Part shown: positions 17,096-25,102 of the stretch, piece by piece | Position numbering within the stretch: position 1 is the stretch's first letter | Layout of the letters: each line of letters opens with the position of its first letter | Source: Gemmatimonadota bacterium | GTDB taxonomy: Bacteria; Gemmatimonadota; Gemmatimonadetes; Gemmatimonadales; GWC2-71-9 | DNA length: 33,949 nucleotides | Direction: 5' to 3' | Assembly: GCA_020346845.1 (NCBI GenBank) | Contig: CP070792.1 | Coordinates: 1-33,949, forward strand | Notes under the pieces: model-generated | What the model was told of the DNA's origin: nothing | What the model saw: the letters and a program-made list of their open reading frames with translations, nothing else | Database searches by the model: none | Translations under genes and position numbers: made by a program

Positions 17096-18520
17096 TCAAA
17101 GGCTTGGCTCGGATCCTTCAATACCCGCGGATGGCGAAAGAGTTCTCGGAATTTCGATCACGATTTGGAGACCGCCCCGATCGCTGCGTGTTGCTGCGAT
17201 CGTTCCGTGATGTGCTTCGACAATTGCGGCTGCGATTGTCAAGCCAAGCCCCGCTCCGGTAGACCGGGTACGCGCCTCATCAGTGCGGTAGAGCCTCTCG
17301 AACAAATGTGGCAAGAGTTCGTCCGCAATGCCCGGCCCATCGTCGTCCACGGCGATCCGTAGGTAAGCATCGTGCGATGATAGTGTGACTATCGCCCGTG
17401 TATCTGATGGGGTGTGTTGCACTGCGTTGTGAAGTAGGTGATCCAATACGAGTGACATCATCTTGGAGTCTACTGCCAAAACCGTGTTATCTAGGGCTTC
17501 TACATGCAGCATGAGAGTGCGGCCTTCTGCGCGCGATCGCACCCGCTTGACTGCATCGTTAGCCAGGCTGGATATGTCCACGGGTGTCAGGTGCGGCTGC
17601 AGCTCGCCAGCCTCGATTCTAGCCAGCAGGACGAGCGAATCGCCGATCGATGACAGGTGCTCGACCTCTTCGAGACAACTCTCGAGCACTGTCTGATACT
17701 CCTGACCGCTACGCTCGCTCCTGAGTGCAACCTCGATTTCACCCTGCATTGCGGTCAAGGGGGTACGTAAATCGTGTCCCAGATCTGCAATGATGCGCCG
17801 CTGCTGTTCGAATGCGCCGGCAAGCCTATCCAGCATGCGGTTCAATACACCTACCAGGCCCTTGAACTCAGCGACGTCAGCATGCGCCGTGATGCGGCTG
17901 CCCACGATGCCAGGTTCAATCGCCTCGGCCTGGGCTGTGACAGCTGCGATCGGCGCTACGGCACCACGAGCGAGAAAGCTCGCTCCAATCATCGTTGCTG
18001 CCGTGCCCAATAACACGGTCCCCAGCATGAGGAAGAAGATCCGTCGCTCGACTTCGCCCAGTGGCTCGAGCGATGCAGCAACCTGGATCACCGCCGCTCC
18101 TGTCAAGCTTCCCTCGGGTACGGTGGAGTAGACTGAGCGGATACGATGATTCGCCCACGGTTGCGACGTTATTACCTCTTCTCCGCCACGGGCCCGCCCA
18201 AAACTCTGTTCGTCGAGTGGCAAACTGAGCGCGACCACCGTGTTGACAGACAACGCATTGCCGTTCGAGTCTCGAATCGCAATGAACCGATTTACCTGGC
18301 GCACAAACGAGTCCATATCGGTCGGGCCAGGCTGAAATACCACGGGAAGCCCTGCTGCCAACGATGCTGCTTCAAGTTGTAGCGCTGATTTGAGCGACTC
18401 GTCGAGCTGACGGCTCAGACTGTAGTGCGTTCCCAAGAACGCCCACAGCGATATCAGGAGGAGCGCAAGGAAGATGGTGAATGAAAACCGCACCGCGAGG
18501 GCGCGGCGCAGCGAATGCAT
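17096..18520 (-). CDS. Membrane sensor histidine kinase (2 TM, periplasmic loop, HAMP, HisKA, HATPase)
   Basis: The H-box is LGHDLRTPLTA, the N-box LLHNAVQH, G1 DDDGPGI and G2 GAGLGLT. Two hydrophobic segments flank a loop of about 130 aa. The start ATG overlaps the regulator's stop by 1 nt (TGATG). Confidence 0.9.
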   Translation of the reverse strand: MHSLRRALAVRFSFTIFLALLLISLWAFLGTHYSLSRQLDESLKSALQLEAASLAAGLPVVFQPGPTDMDSFVRQVNRFIAIRDSNGNALSVNTVVALSLPLDEQSFGRARGGEEVITSQPWANHRIRSVYSTVPEGSLTGAAVIQVAASLEPLGEVERRIFFLMLGTVLLGTAATMIGASFLARGAVAPIAAVTAQAEAIEPGIVGSRITAHADVAEFKGLVGVLNRMLDRLAGAFEQQRRIIADLGHDLRTPLTAMQGEIEVALRSERSGQEYQTVLESCLEEVEHLSSIGDSLVLLARIEAGELQPHLTPVDISSLANDAVKRVRSRAEGRTLMLHVEALDNTVLAVDSKMMSLVLDHLLHNAVQHTPSDTRAIVTLSSHDAYLRIAVDDDGPGIADELLPHLFERLYRTDEARTRSTGAGLGLTIAAAIVEAHHGTIAATRSDRGGLQIVIEIPRTLSPSAGIEGSEPSL

Positions 18521-19203
18521 CAGTCCTCGGTGTCGTCAGTCTTAAGGCAGAATCCCACGCCTCTGACGGTCTGGATCAGATCGCTACACCCGGCTTCTCG
18601 CAATTTCCGTCGGAGGTTCCCCACATGCACGTCGACAACGTTGCTTTCTGGGTCGAAGTGCATGTCCCATACCTTCTCCAACAACTCGGTCCGCCGCACA
18701 ACCTCTTCGGGATGGAGCATGAAATGCTCGAGGAGTTGAAACTCGCGCGGCGTGAGGTCGAGCACGTGACTACCTGTGCGCGCCTGATGCTTCATGCGAT
18801 TCAGTTCTAGTGGACCGTACGTGAGTCGTTCGAGTCGCGTGGAACCGCCGCGTCTAATCAATGCGCGTAGACGCGCGAGCAGCTCGTCGAAACGGAAGGG
18901 CTTGGATAGATAATCATCGGCACCCGCGTCGAGACCACGCACGATGTCTTCCGTCGAGTCACGTGCCGTGAGCATCAGGATCGGTGTCTTGCGACCTTCA
19001 CGACGCAACTCGGCGGCTACCTGCAATCCGTTCTTCCTCGGCAGCATGATGTCGAGCATTATTGCATCGTAATCGTTGACATGCGCGAGCGTGGTCGCCT
19101 CTTCACCATCCTTGGCGACGTCAACCGCATATCCTTCTTCTCGCAGACCCATCTGAATGAAGCCGGCAACTTTCCGGTCATCCTCGACTACAAGTACCCT
19201 CAT
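18520..19203 (-). CDS. OmpR/PhoB-family response regulator
   Basis: The protein starts MRVLVVEDD, has the phospho-Asp in AIMLDIMLP, the motif LMLTAR and a C-terminal winged helix (LTPREFQLLEHF ... VRGVGF). I set the start at ATG 19203. The longer ORF to 19311 overlaps the upstream kinase. Confidence 0.9.
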   Translation of the reverse strand: MRVLVVEDDRKVAGFIQMGLREEGYAVDVAKDGEEATTLAHVNDYDAIMLDIMLPRKNGLQVAAELRREGRKTPILMLTARDSTEDIVRGLDAGADDYLSKPFRFDELLARLRALIRRGGSTRLERLTYGPLELNRMKHQARTGSHVLDLTPREFQLLEHFMLHPEEVVRRTELLEKVWDMHFDPESNVVDVHVGNLRRKLREAGCSDLIQTVRGVGFCLKTDDTED

Positions 19204-19261
19204 GAATCGAACCCTACCTAGCCCGCGGTTAGCCGCGGTTGAATCATGTGTGAATTCGTCT

Positions 19262-20503
19262 TCATGAATCTGACGTGAAACGTGGCAGTCGCAGAATGAA
19301 TCTGGCACCATATCCTAGACGGCTTTCAACACCAAGGTCTCCACCGAGCAGGCGCGCGAGCTGACGGGAGAGTGCAAGGCCTAGCCCGGTTCCGCGTTCC
19401 TTCTGCTCGCGACCCTGCTCAAAGGCTTCGAATATTGCTGCCTGATCTTCGGCAGATATACCGTCACCCTGATCGATCACATCAAACCGCATCGATTGGT
19501 CGTCCAGTCTGACATCGACCGAGATGGACTCACCTTCGGGACTATGTCTTACAGCATTCGTGAGCAAGTTGATGAGGATCTGTCGCACCCTATGTGGATC
19601 GGTGCGACACAGTATCTCACCGTCGATGCCCGTCGTTTCAATCACTACGTTCTTGCGCGTTGCCGCTGGCTCCACTGACCTCACGGCATCGCGCACAACG
19701 TCTTGCGCGTCAGCATCTTGGACTACCGGGTGCAGCTTGTCGGCGTCCAATCGACTCAGCTGTAGTAGGTCCTCGAGCAGCGTCAGTGTCTGTTCTGCTG
19801 ATTCGTAGACCTCTACTGCTTCCCGTGGCGCTTCATCACCTGCCTTGCGCAACCACAGGTCGGCCCAGCCGTAGGTAGCCGTCAGTGCATTACGCAACTC
19901 GTGGTTGATCATTGCGTAGAACCGGTCCCGCGATTGCTGCATCCCTTTGAGCTCTTGCAACAAGTGTGCTTCTTGCTCGTGGACTCGGGCGTTTTCCACC
20001 GCAACAGCGGCATGACCAGCAAGCATCACTGCAACGGCTTCATCTTCATCGGTGAACTCGGCGCTATCGGCCTTCTCCGTCAGATACAGATGGCCTATCG
20101 GATGATCGCGTCCCAGAATCGGCACTCCTAGGAAAGACTTCATCGGTGGATGGTTGGGGGGAAAACCGGCCGCTGCCGGATGCTGCGATAGATCTGCGAT
20201 TCTCAGAGGACGAGGGTCGGAGATCAAGAGGCCAAGGACACCCTTTCCCAAAGGGGGAGATCCGATCTCCTCATGTAGTTCAGGGGTTATTCCACTCGCG
20301 ACGAAGGAGGAAACGCCCATTCCTTTAGGCGCCAATATGGCAAGTGCCGCGTACTTTGAGCCAATCACATCGCGAGCCGAGTCTGCTACGTGCTGGAGTA
20401 GCCGCTCGAGATCGCGCTCGGCTGTTATGCGGATCGCTGCACGTGAGAGCTGCTCGACCCGGGACCAGATTCGGCGGTTGTCATCTTGGCTTTTCTGCAC
20501 CAT
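19262..20503 (-). CDS. Cytoplasmic GAF-domain sensor histidine kinase
   Basis: The N-terminal GAF-like region begins LERLLQHVADSARDVIGSKYAALAIL. The H-box is INHELRNALTA, the N-box LINLLTNAVRHS, G1 DQGDGI and G2 GTGLGLA. No TM segments are present. The start is ATG 20503 or TTG 20512. Confidence 0.85.
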   Translation of the reverse strand: MVQKSQDDNRRIWSRVEQLSRAAIRITAERDLERLLQHVADSARDVIGSKYAALAILAPKGMGVSSFVASGITPELHEEIGSPPLGKGVLGLLISDPRPLRIADLSQHPAAAGFPPNHPPMKSFLGVPILGRDHPIGHLYLTEKADSAEFTDEDEAVAVMLAGHAAVAVENARVHEQEAHLLQELKGMQQSRDRFYAMINHELRNALTATYGWADLWLRKAGDEAPREAVEVYESAEQTLTLLEDLLQLSRLDADKLHPVVQDADAQDVVRDAVRSVEPAATRKNVVIETTGIDGEILCRTDPHRVRQILINLLTNAVRHSPEGESISVDVRLDDQSMRFDVIDQGDGISAEDQAAIFEAFEQGREQKERGTGLGLALSRQLARLLGGDLGVESRLGYGARFILRLPRFTSDS

Positions 20504-20587
20504 AGGCAGCAACGTACTGTCCGCAGGGCTCGAGTTCCAGCCTCGGCCCAGGCGGTCGCTTCTCCTCTTCTCTGGGTCGCTAAGTTC

Positions 20588-20989
20588 TCAGATCTTGGCC
20601 GTCGCTACGGCTCGCACGATATCGCTCTGCGCGATTACTCCAACGAGCTCTCCTCCCTGTTCAACAAAGAGCCGATGGACGTCGAGTTCCAGCATCTGCT
20701 GAGCGGCATCCTTTACGTCTGCATCGGGGCTTATTGTACTTGGCCGGGAAGTCATTATCTCACCCACGAGTGTCGTCTCGAACAGTGCGTTACGTTCCTC
20801 GGCACTGGCGCACTCAGCAGCTGCCTGAAGTACATCGCTTGTCGAAAGTACTCCCACCATCCGATCCTTGCGGTCCACTACGGGCAGCCCATGGATGTGG
20901 CTCTCGGCGAACGTGACAACGGCTTCTGTGACAGAGAGGTCCATCGAGACCACCTGAAGGTCCTTCTGCATCAAGTCTGCGACTTTCAT
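20588..20989 (-). CDS. CBS-domain pair protein
   Basis: Two CBS repeats are readable (MKVADLMQKDLQVV...GLPVVD and VGEIMTSRPSTI...HRLFVEQGGELVGVI). I set the start at ATG 20989. A TTG at 21028 is the alternative start and would overlap the Usp stop. Confidence 0.75.
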   Translation of the reverse strand: MKVADLMQKDLQVVSMDLSVTEAVVTFAESHIHGLPVVDRKDRMVGVLSTSDVLQAAAECASAEERNALFETTLVGEIMTSRPSTISPDADVKDAAQQMLELDVHRLFVEQGGELVGVIAQSDIVRAVATAKI

Positions 20990-21024
20990 AGGCGCCGCCC
21001 GTTTCTCCACCTCATGACATTGCC

Positions 21025-21909
21025 TCAAGCATCTGAATCTTGTGGATCCGGGACCGGGACCACAAGGGTGGAGGTTGGTAAGTAGTTCAGTATGCGTTCG
21101 GTTGTACTGCCGACTAGCAGTCGGTCAACCCAGCCCTTACCGTGTGACCCAACTACCAATAGATCTGCTTTCCACTCTTCGACCTCGGTTGCCACGGTTT
21201 CCTCAGCCGAGCCGTGTCGGACCACTACCTCGGCATCGGTCTGCTCGATGAGTTGCGATGCAGTCTTCTTGAATTGCTCTTCGGAAATCCTGTAGTAGGC
21301 GTTCTGATCCAGGGCTATTGGCAGCGCCGCAATTAGCGGTAACGGCTCAATCACATGAAGGATACGGAGTTTGGCGCCAAAGAGTCGTGCATATGTGTCG
21401 GCTTCGCTGACTGTGGGTGTTGCCGCGTAGGAGGCGTCAACCGCAACGAGAATCCGCTCGATGACAGTACCTTCCATGCAGGAAACTAGCACTGGCACGC
21501 TCGATGTCCGTACCACGTTGTGTACCGTGCTACCTCCAATCCAGCGCGTAACGGCGGCATGGTGCTTTGCACCCAGAACCACGAGTCCGGCATCACGCTC
21601 GGCGGCAATGTCACGTATCAGAACCGCGGCACGGCCCAACCTCACTTCGAGTCCTGCAAGCGTTTCCGGTGGTATCGTATCTGCGAGCGCGTCTGTCAGC
21701 CGCTCGGTGGCAATTTGTAGCACCGCGCGATTCATTGCTCCCACGTCGATCGGAATATCTGTCCCACCGGAAGTAGCCCAATACTCCCTCGCAGCATGTA
21801 CGAGGCAACAATCGACTCCGGCTTTGGATGCAATCACCCACGCCAATTTCGCCGAACGGATACCTTCGGGACTGTCGTCAACTCCGGCAACAACGCTTCT
21901 GAGAGGCAT
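21025..21909 (-). CDS. Tandem universal stress protein (two UspA domains)
   Basis: Two Usp-like halves each end in a G-x2-G-x9-GS-type motif (VVLGAKHH...IGGSTVHNV and LVVGSHGKG...LVGSTTERI). I set the start at ATG 21909 (MPLRSVVAGVDDS). Confidence 0.8.
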   Translation of the reverse strand: MPLRSVVAGVDDSPEGIRSAKLAWVIASKAGVDCCLVHAAREYWATSGGTDIPIDVGAMNRAVLQIATERLTDALADTIPPETLAGLEVRLGRAAVLIRDIAAERDAGLVVLGAKHHAAVTRWIGGSTVHNVVRTSSVPVLVSCMEGTVIERILVAVDASYAATPTVSEADTYARLFGAKLRILHVIEPLPLIAALPIALDQNAYYRISEEQFKKTASQLIEQTDAEVVVRHGSAEETVATEVEEWKADLLVVGSHGKGWVDRLLVGSTTERILNYLPTSTLVVPVPDPQDSDA

Positions 21910-22088
21910 CGCAGACCTCCGATTCCGAGAGCTAGATGCGCGGTTCCCTCTGTCGCGGTCAACCCGTCGGGAGGTTAACTCCAATTACTGCTCTGCTCAA
22001 GGTGCTCGAAGATGGTAGTGGAGATGTAGGCCCACGTCATGTTGGGGACTAGATTGCAGCATTCAAGGACCCTGCCAAGGAGGGAACC

Positions 22089-22256
22089 GTGATTTGGCGT
22101 TCTTGGAGTCTGGGAGATTGGCTCATGGCATGTGCCGTGGTGTTCTTCATCCTCGCCGGGATGGCGAAGCTCGTGGAACGACAGGGTAGGCTGGGGCTTG
22201 CCCTTGTTCTCCTGGGACTCGCAAACGCGCTGCTGCTGACTCTATCCCGTCGATGA
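22089..22256 (+). CDS. Small (55 aa) predicted two-helix membrane protein, hypothetical
   Basis: This ORF is not in the supplied track because it is under 60 aa. A GTG start lies 5 nt after AAGGAGG. The translation is VIWRSWSLGDWLMACAVVFFILAGMAKLVERQGRLGLALVLLGLANALLLTLSRR, with two hydrophobic helices separated by a basic loop. Confidence 0.4.
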   Translation: MIWRSWSLGDWLMACAVVFFILAGMAKLVERQGRLGLALVLLGLANALLLTLSRR

Positions 22257-22295
22257 GCTGAGTCTACGAACGCTCGACCCAGCCTATTGATCCTG

Positions 22296-22874
22296 CTAGA
22301 AGGGGATCGCTATCGCAATGCCTCCCACAATCATTATATCGTACTGAATCCGACTATAGCTCAGTCCATCCACGTAATAGATCCAAGTATCCCCCTCTAA
22401 GAAGAAGGCCATGAACGTGTTGTCGAACACATAGTTTACGCCGGCCCCAAATCGACCTGCGAATGAGCGATCTCCTTCCAAATCTGGGTCCTTGGGTTCA
22501 ATGCTGAACCAACCAGCCCCTACCACGAAGTAAGGGACAAAACCTGATGCCGTGGGGACTCCCGCCTGGAGGTCGAAAGCCACAAATGAGCGCCGAAAAG
22601 TGGAGTCGGATAACTCGATAGAGGTCCCCTCCCAACCGCTGTTCACAGTCGAAAACGTTCCTCTCACAGCAAAGTTGGTGTTCAGTTGAAGACCTACGCC
22701 ACCGCCAACAACCCAGTCCGATCCAAAATGGTCTCCGGTCTCGTTCAGGTTGCTGAGCGGGAGGTCTCGTCCACCGTAGCCGAACAGGACAATCGCGTTG
22801 TTCTGCCCAGCCAGGAGCGTCGGTGCGAAGACGAGGATCACCAGGCTCGACAACAGTTGATAAAGACGATGCAC
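22296..22874 (-). CDS. Outer-membrane beta-barrel protein (small OmpA/OmpW-like porin family)
   Basis: The signal peptide is LVILVFAPTLLAGQ. Alternating hydrophobic/aromatic strands are Gly-rich and the protein ends in Phe (IAIAIPF). A GTG start follows a purine-rich stretch (GGGGAAAGGGAA). Confidence 0.7.
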   Translation of the reverse strand: MHRLYQLLSSLVILVFAPTLLAGQNNAIVLFGYGGRDLPLSNLNETGDHFGSDWVVGGGVGLQLNTNFAVRGTFSTVNSGWEGTSIELSDSTFRRSFVAFDLQAGVPTASGFVPYFVVGAGWFSIEPKDPDLEGDRSFAGRFGAGVNYVFDNTFMAFFLEGDTWIYYVDGLSYSRIQYDIMIVGGIAIAIPF

Positions 22875-22918
22875 TTCAGGATTCCCTTTCCCCGTTTAGG
22901 ATGGTGTCCACGCTGAAG

Positions 22919-23686
22919 CTACTTCCGCCGCCCGCTGCCAGGAAGAGAAACACGAGTTGGCAGAGCGGTGCCATCTCGGTCCCGCTGCCCCGGGGATAGA
23001 TCGTCCGCTGATGTCCCTCTCGTCGGCTCCTGCAGAAAGTCCGGTATCCAATAGCGCTTGAGCGGGAAGACGAGCACTCCGGCGCCGAGCAGACCGAGGC
23101 CGACTCCCACTCCCATCGCCTTTCCCACGGCGATGGCCGCTCCGGTCAGATGTTGTGCTCCGCCAGCCACGATCACCTCGAAGACCAAGACGGCCAAGAT
23201 CGCGCCGATCGGATCGTTGACAATGCCCTCCCACCTGATGGCAGAGCCCACCCGAGCTGAGGGCCTCACATGGCGCAAGAGCGGGACTATCACGGTTGGA
23301 CCTGTGACCACCAGGATGGCACCCATTAGCGTAGCCAGTCCCAGGTCAAATCCCAGTAACAGATAGGCAAGAGCCGTGATTCCGACCCAAGTGACCAACA
23401 CGCACGTCGTAATGAGATTCCGGACCACGCGGCCTATTTCGCGTAGCTCATCTATGTCGAGGCTCAGACCGCCCTCGAACAGGATGATGGCGACAGATAG
23501 AGACACTATGGGAAGGAGGAGGTCACCTAGCAGGGAATCCGGCTGCAGAACTCCGGTCACAGGACCTGCCAGAAATCCGGCCACGAGCAGCAACAGAATT
23601 GAAGGCAACCTCAGACGCCAGGACAACCAGGTTGCCCCAACACCGAGCGCTATCAATCCTGCGAGCTGAACTACGTAGTGTTCCAC
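22919..23686 (-). pseudogene. Truncated cation:proton (CPA1/NhaP-type Na+/H+) antiporter remnant
   Basis: The first ~215 aa look like TM1-6 of a CPA1 exchanger, including the IVNDPIGA (ND) motif and LKRYWIPDFLQ. The last ~35 aa (EPTRGTSADDLSPGQRDRDG...GRRK) are charged, non-membrane sequence. Only about 40 bp remain before the next gene, so the distal half of a normal antiporter of at least 400 aa is absent. Confidence 0.5.
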
Positions 23687-23704
23687 CAGTAGTACCCGAG
23701 GTGG

Positions 23705-24937
23705 CTACGATCCTGAGTCGGACGGAAGGTCAACAACGAATTGCGCGCCTCCAAAGGGGGATTCCTCCACCCATATCTTGCCATCCAATTCGGCGACCAC
23801 GCCATGACTCATGCTGAGACCCAAGCCCATTCCCTTGTCCGGGTCTTTGGTGGTGAAGAACGGATCGAATATCCGTTGCTGCAATTCCGCCGATATGCCG
23901 CCGCCCGAGTCCGAAACCCTGATCCGAATACCGCCTTCAGTGCGGCTCGTCGTCACCTCGATAATTGCCCCATCTGTGTGTTGCACTGCGTCTTCGGCGT
24001 TGGTTATGAGATTGAAGATGACCTGTCTCAGGTCAGTTCTCGGTCCTGTTATCGACGGCAGATCCGGATCTAGGCTCGTTCTCAAATCGATGTCCATCCA
24101 ATGATCGAGTTGTGACCTGAGGTCTATGATCTCCTGGATCAGATCGTTCACCTGGATGTCTTGCAGTTCCCGGTCTGCCCGTCTGGTCAGGTGGATGAGC
24201 GCTCTGGCAATACGGGAAGCTCTGTCGACCTCTTTGATGATGGCTCGGGCGGAATCGGCTGTTGCCTCATCGGCCGTACCAGTAGCTATCAACTCCGCCT
24301 CGATACGGATAGCTGCCAGTGGGTTGTTGACCTCATGGGCTACGCCACTGGCGATTTCTCCGGCTGTGGCGAGCTTCTCTCGGGCGATGGCCTCGCGTTG
24401 GATCCTGAGCTCATCCGTGCGGTCGTAAAGCGTGAATAGCAGTTCGGAGGCTTGAGGAGCCCCGATCGAGGTCAGCACGGCATCGCATGCTCTTTCGTCC
24501 TTGTCGGCCATTACGGAAAGACCGCCATCCCACCTTTGTCCCGACATGCCCGCTTCCAGAGCGGCTTGGAGCAGCTCTGTGTCGGCGAACAGTCCGAGGG
24601 ACGTCAGGGTCTTGCCCGAAGCCGATTGCATTCCTTGCCCCACCAGCGAGTCAAAAGCGTAGTTTGACTGCAGAACCCGCCCGTCTGGGCTGATGACAGC
24701 CGACGGCAAAGGACTGGCAGCCAGCATCGCATCAGCTCGCACCGCCGCTCTCCGATCGTGTTCCAGTCTCTCTACCAGCTGGGCCAGCATGTGCGAGACG
24801 TCAGCCAGCACTTCTGCCGTGGGGTCCGATCTGTCAGCAGGAACCTGGTCGGCAGCCGCGTCCAGAAATCCAGACAGGGAGTCCGTATCGAGCGCCGCCT
24901 TGACCAGTGCTGTAACGGATTCCAGTACCTTGTGCAC
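23705..24937 (-). CDS. Cytoplasmic PAS-domain sensor histidine kinase
   Basis: The H-box is GVAHEVNNPLAAI, the N-box IFNLITNAEDAV, G1 SDSGGGI and G2 GMGLGLS. A PAS-like segment lies upstream (SPLPSAVISPDGRVLQSNYAF). No TM segments are present. Confidence 0.85.
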   Translation of the reverse strand: MHKVLESVTALVKAALDTDSLSGFLDAAADQVPADRSDPTAEVLADVSHMLAQLVERLEHDRRAAVRADAMLAASPLPSAVISPDGRVLQSNYAFDSLVGQGMQSASGKTLTSLGLFADTELLQAALEAGMSGQRWDGGLSVMADKDERACDAVLTSIGAPQASELLFTLYDRTDELRIQREAIAREKLATAGEIASGVAHEVNNPLAAIRIEAELIATGTADEATADSARAIIKEVDRASRIARALIHLTRRADRELQDIQVNDLIQEIIDLRSQLDHWMDIDLRTSLDPDLPSITGPRTDLRQVIFNLITNAEDAVQHTDGAIIEVTTSRTEGGIRIRVSDSGGGISAELQQRIFDPFFTTKDPDKGMGLGLSMSHGVVAELDGKIWVEESPFGGAQFVVDLPSDSGS

Positions 24938-25102
24938 GAGATCTCATTGAGTTGTCGGGTGGCACCAATGTAACCGATGGGTTGCCTCGTGACAGTGGTA
25001 TCCATGCCCTCGGATGGTGCGGATGGGCCACTAGCATCGGGGATTTGACAATCCAGGGCCCTTGTGGCCATGTTCCCCGTCCCGATTCAGGAGGTGTGGC
25101 AC

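Noticed and set aside
19204-19311. An N-terminal extension of the OmpR-type regulator that overlaps the GAF kinase.
   Set aside because: The canonical receiver start MRVLVVEDD lies at ATG 19203. The extension overlaps the kinase C-terminus in another frame.
20486-22018. Plus-strand ORFs 20486..21085 (199 aa) and 21461..22018 (185 aa).
   Set aside because: They are antisense to the CBS and Usp genes. Their Ser/Arg/Pro-rich composition has no motifs.
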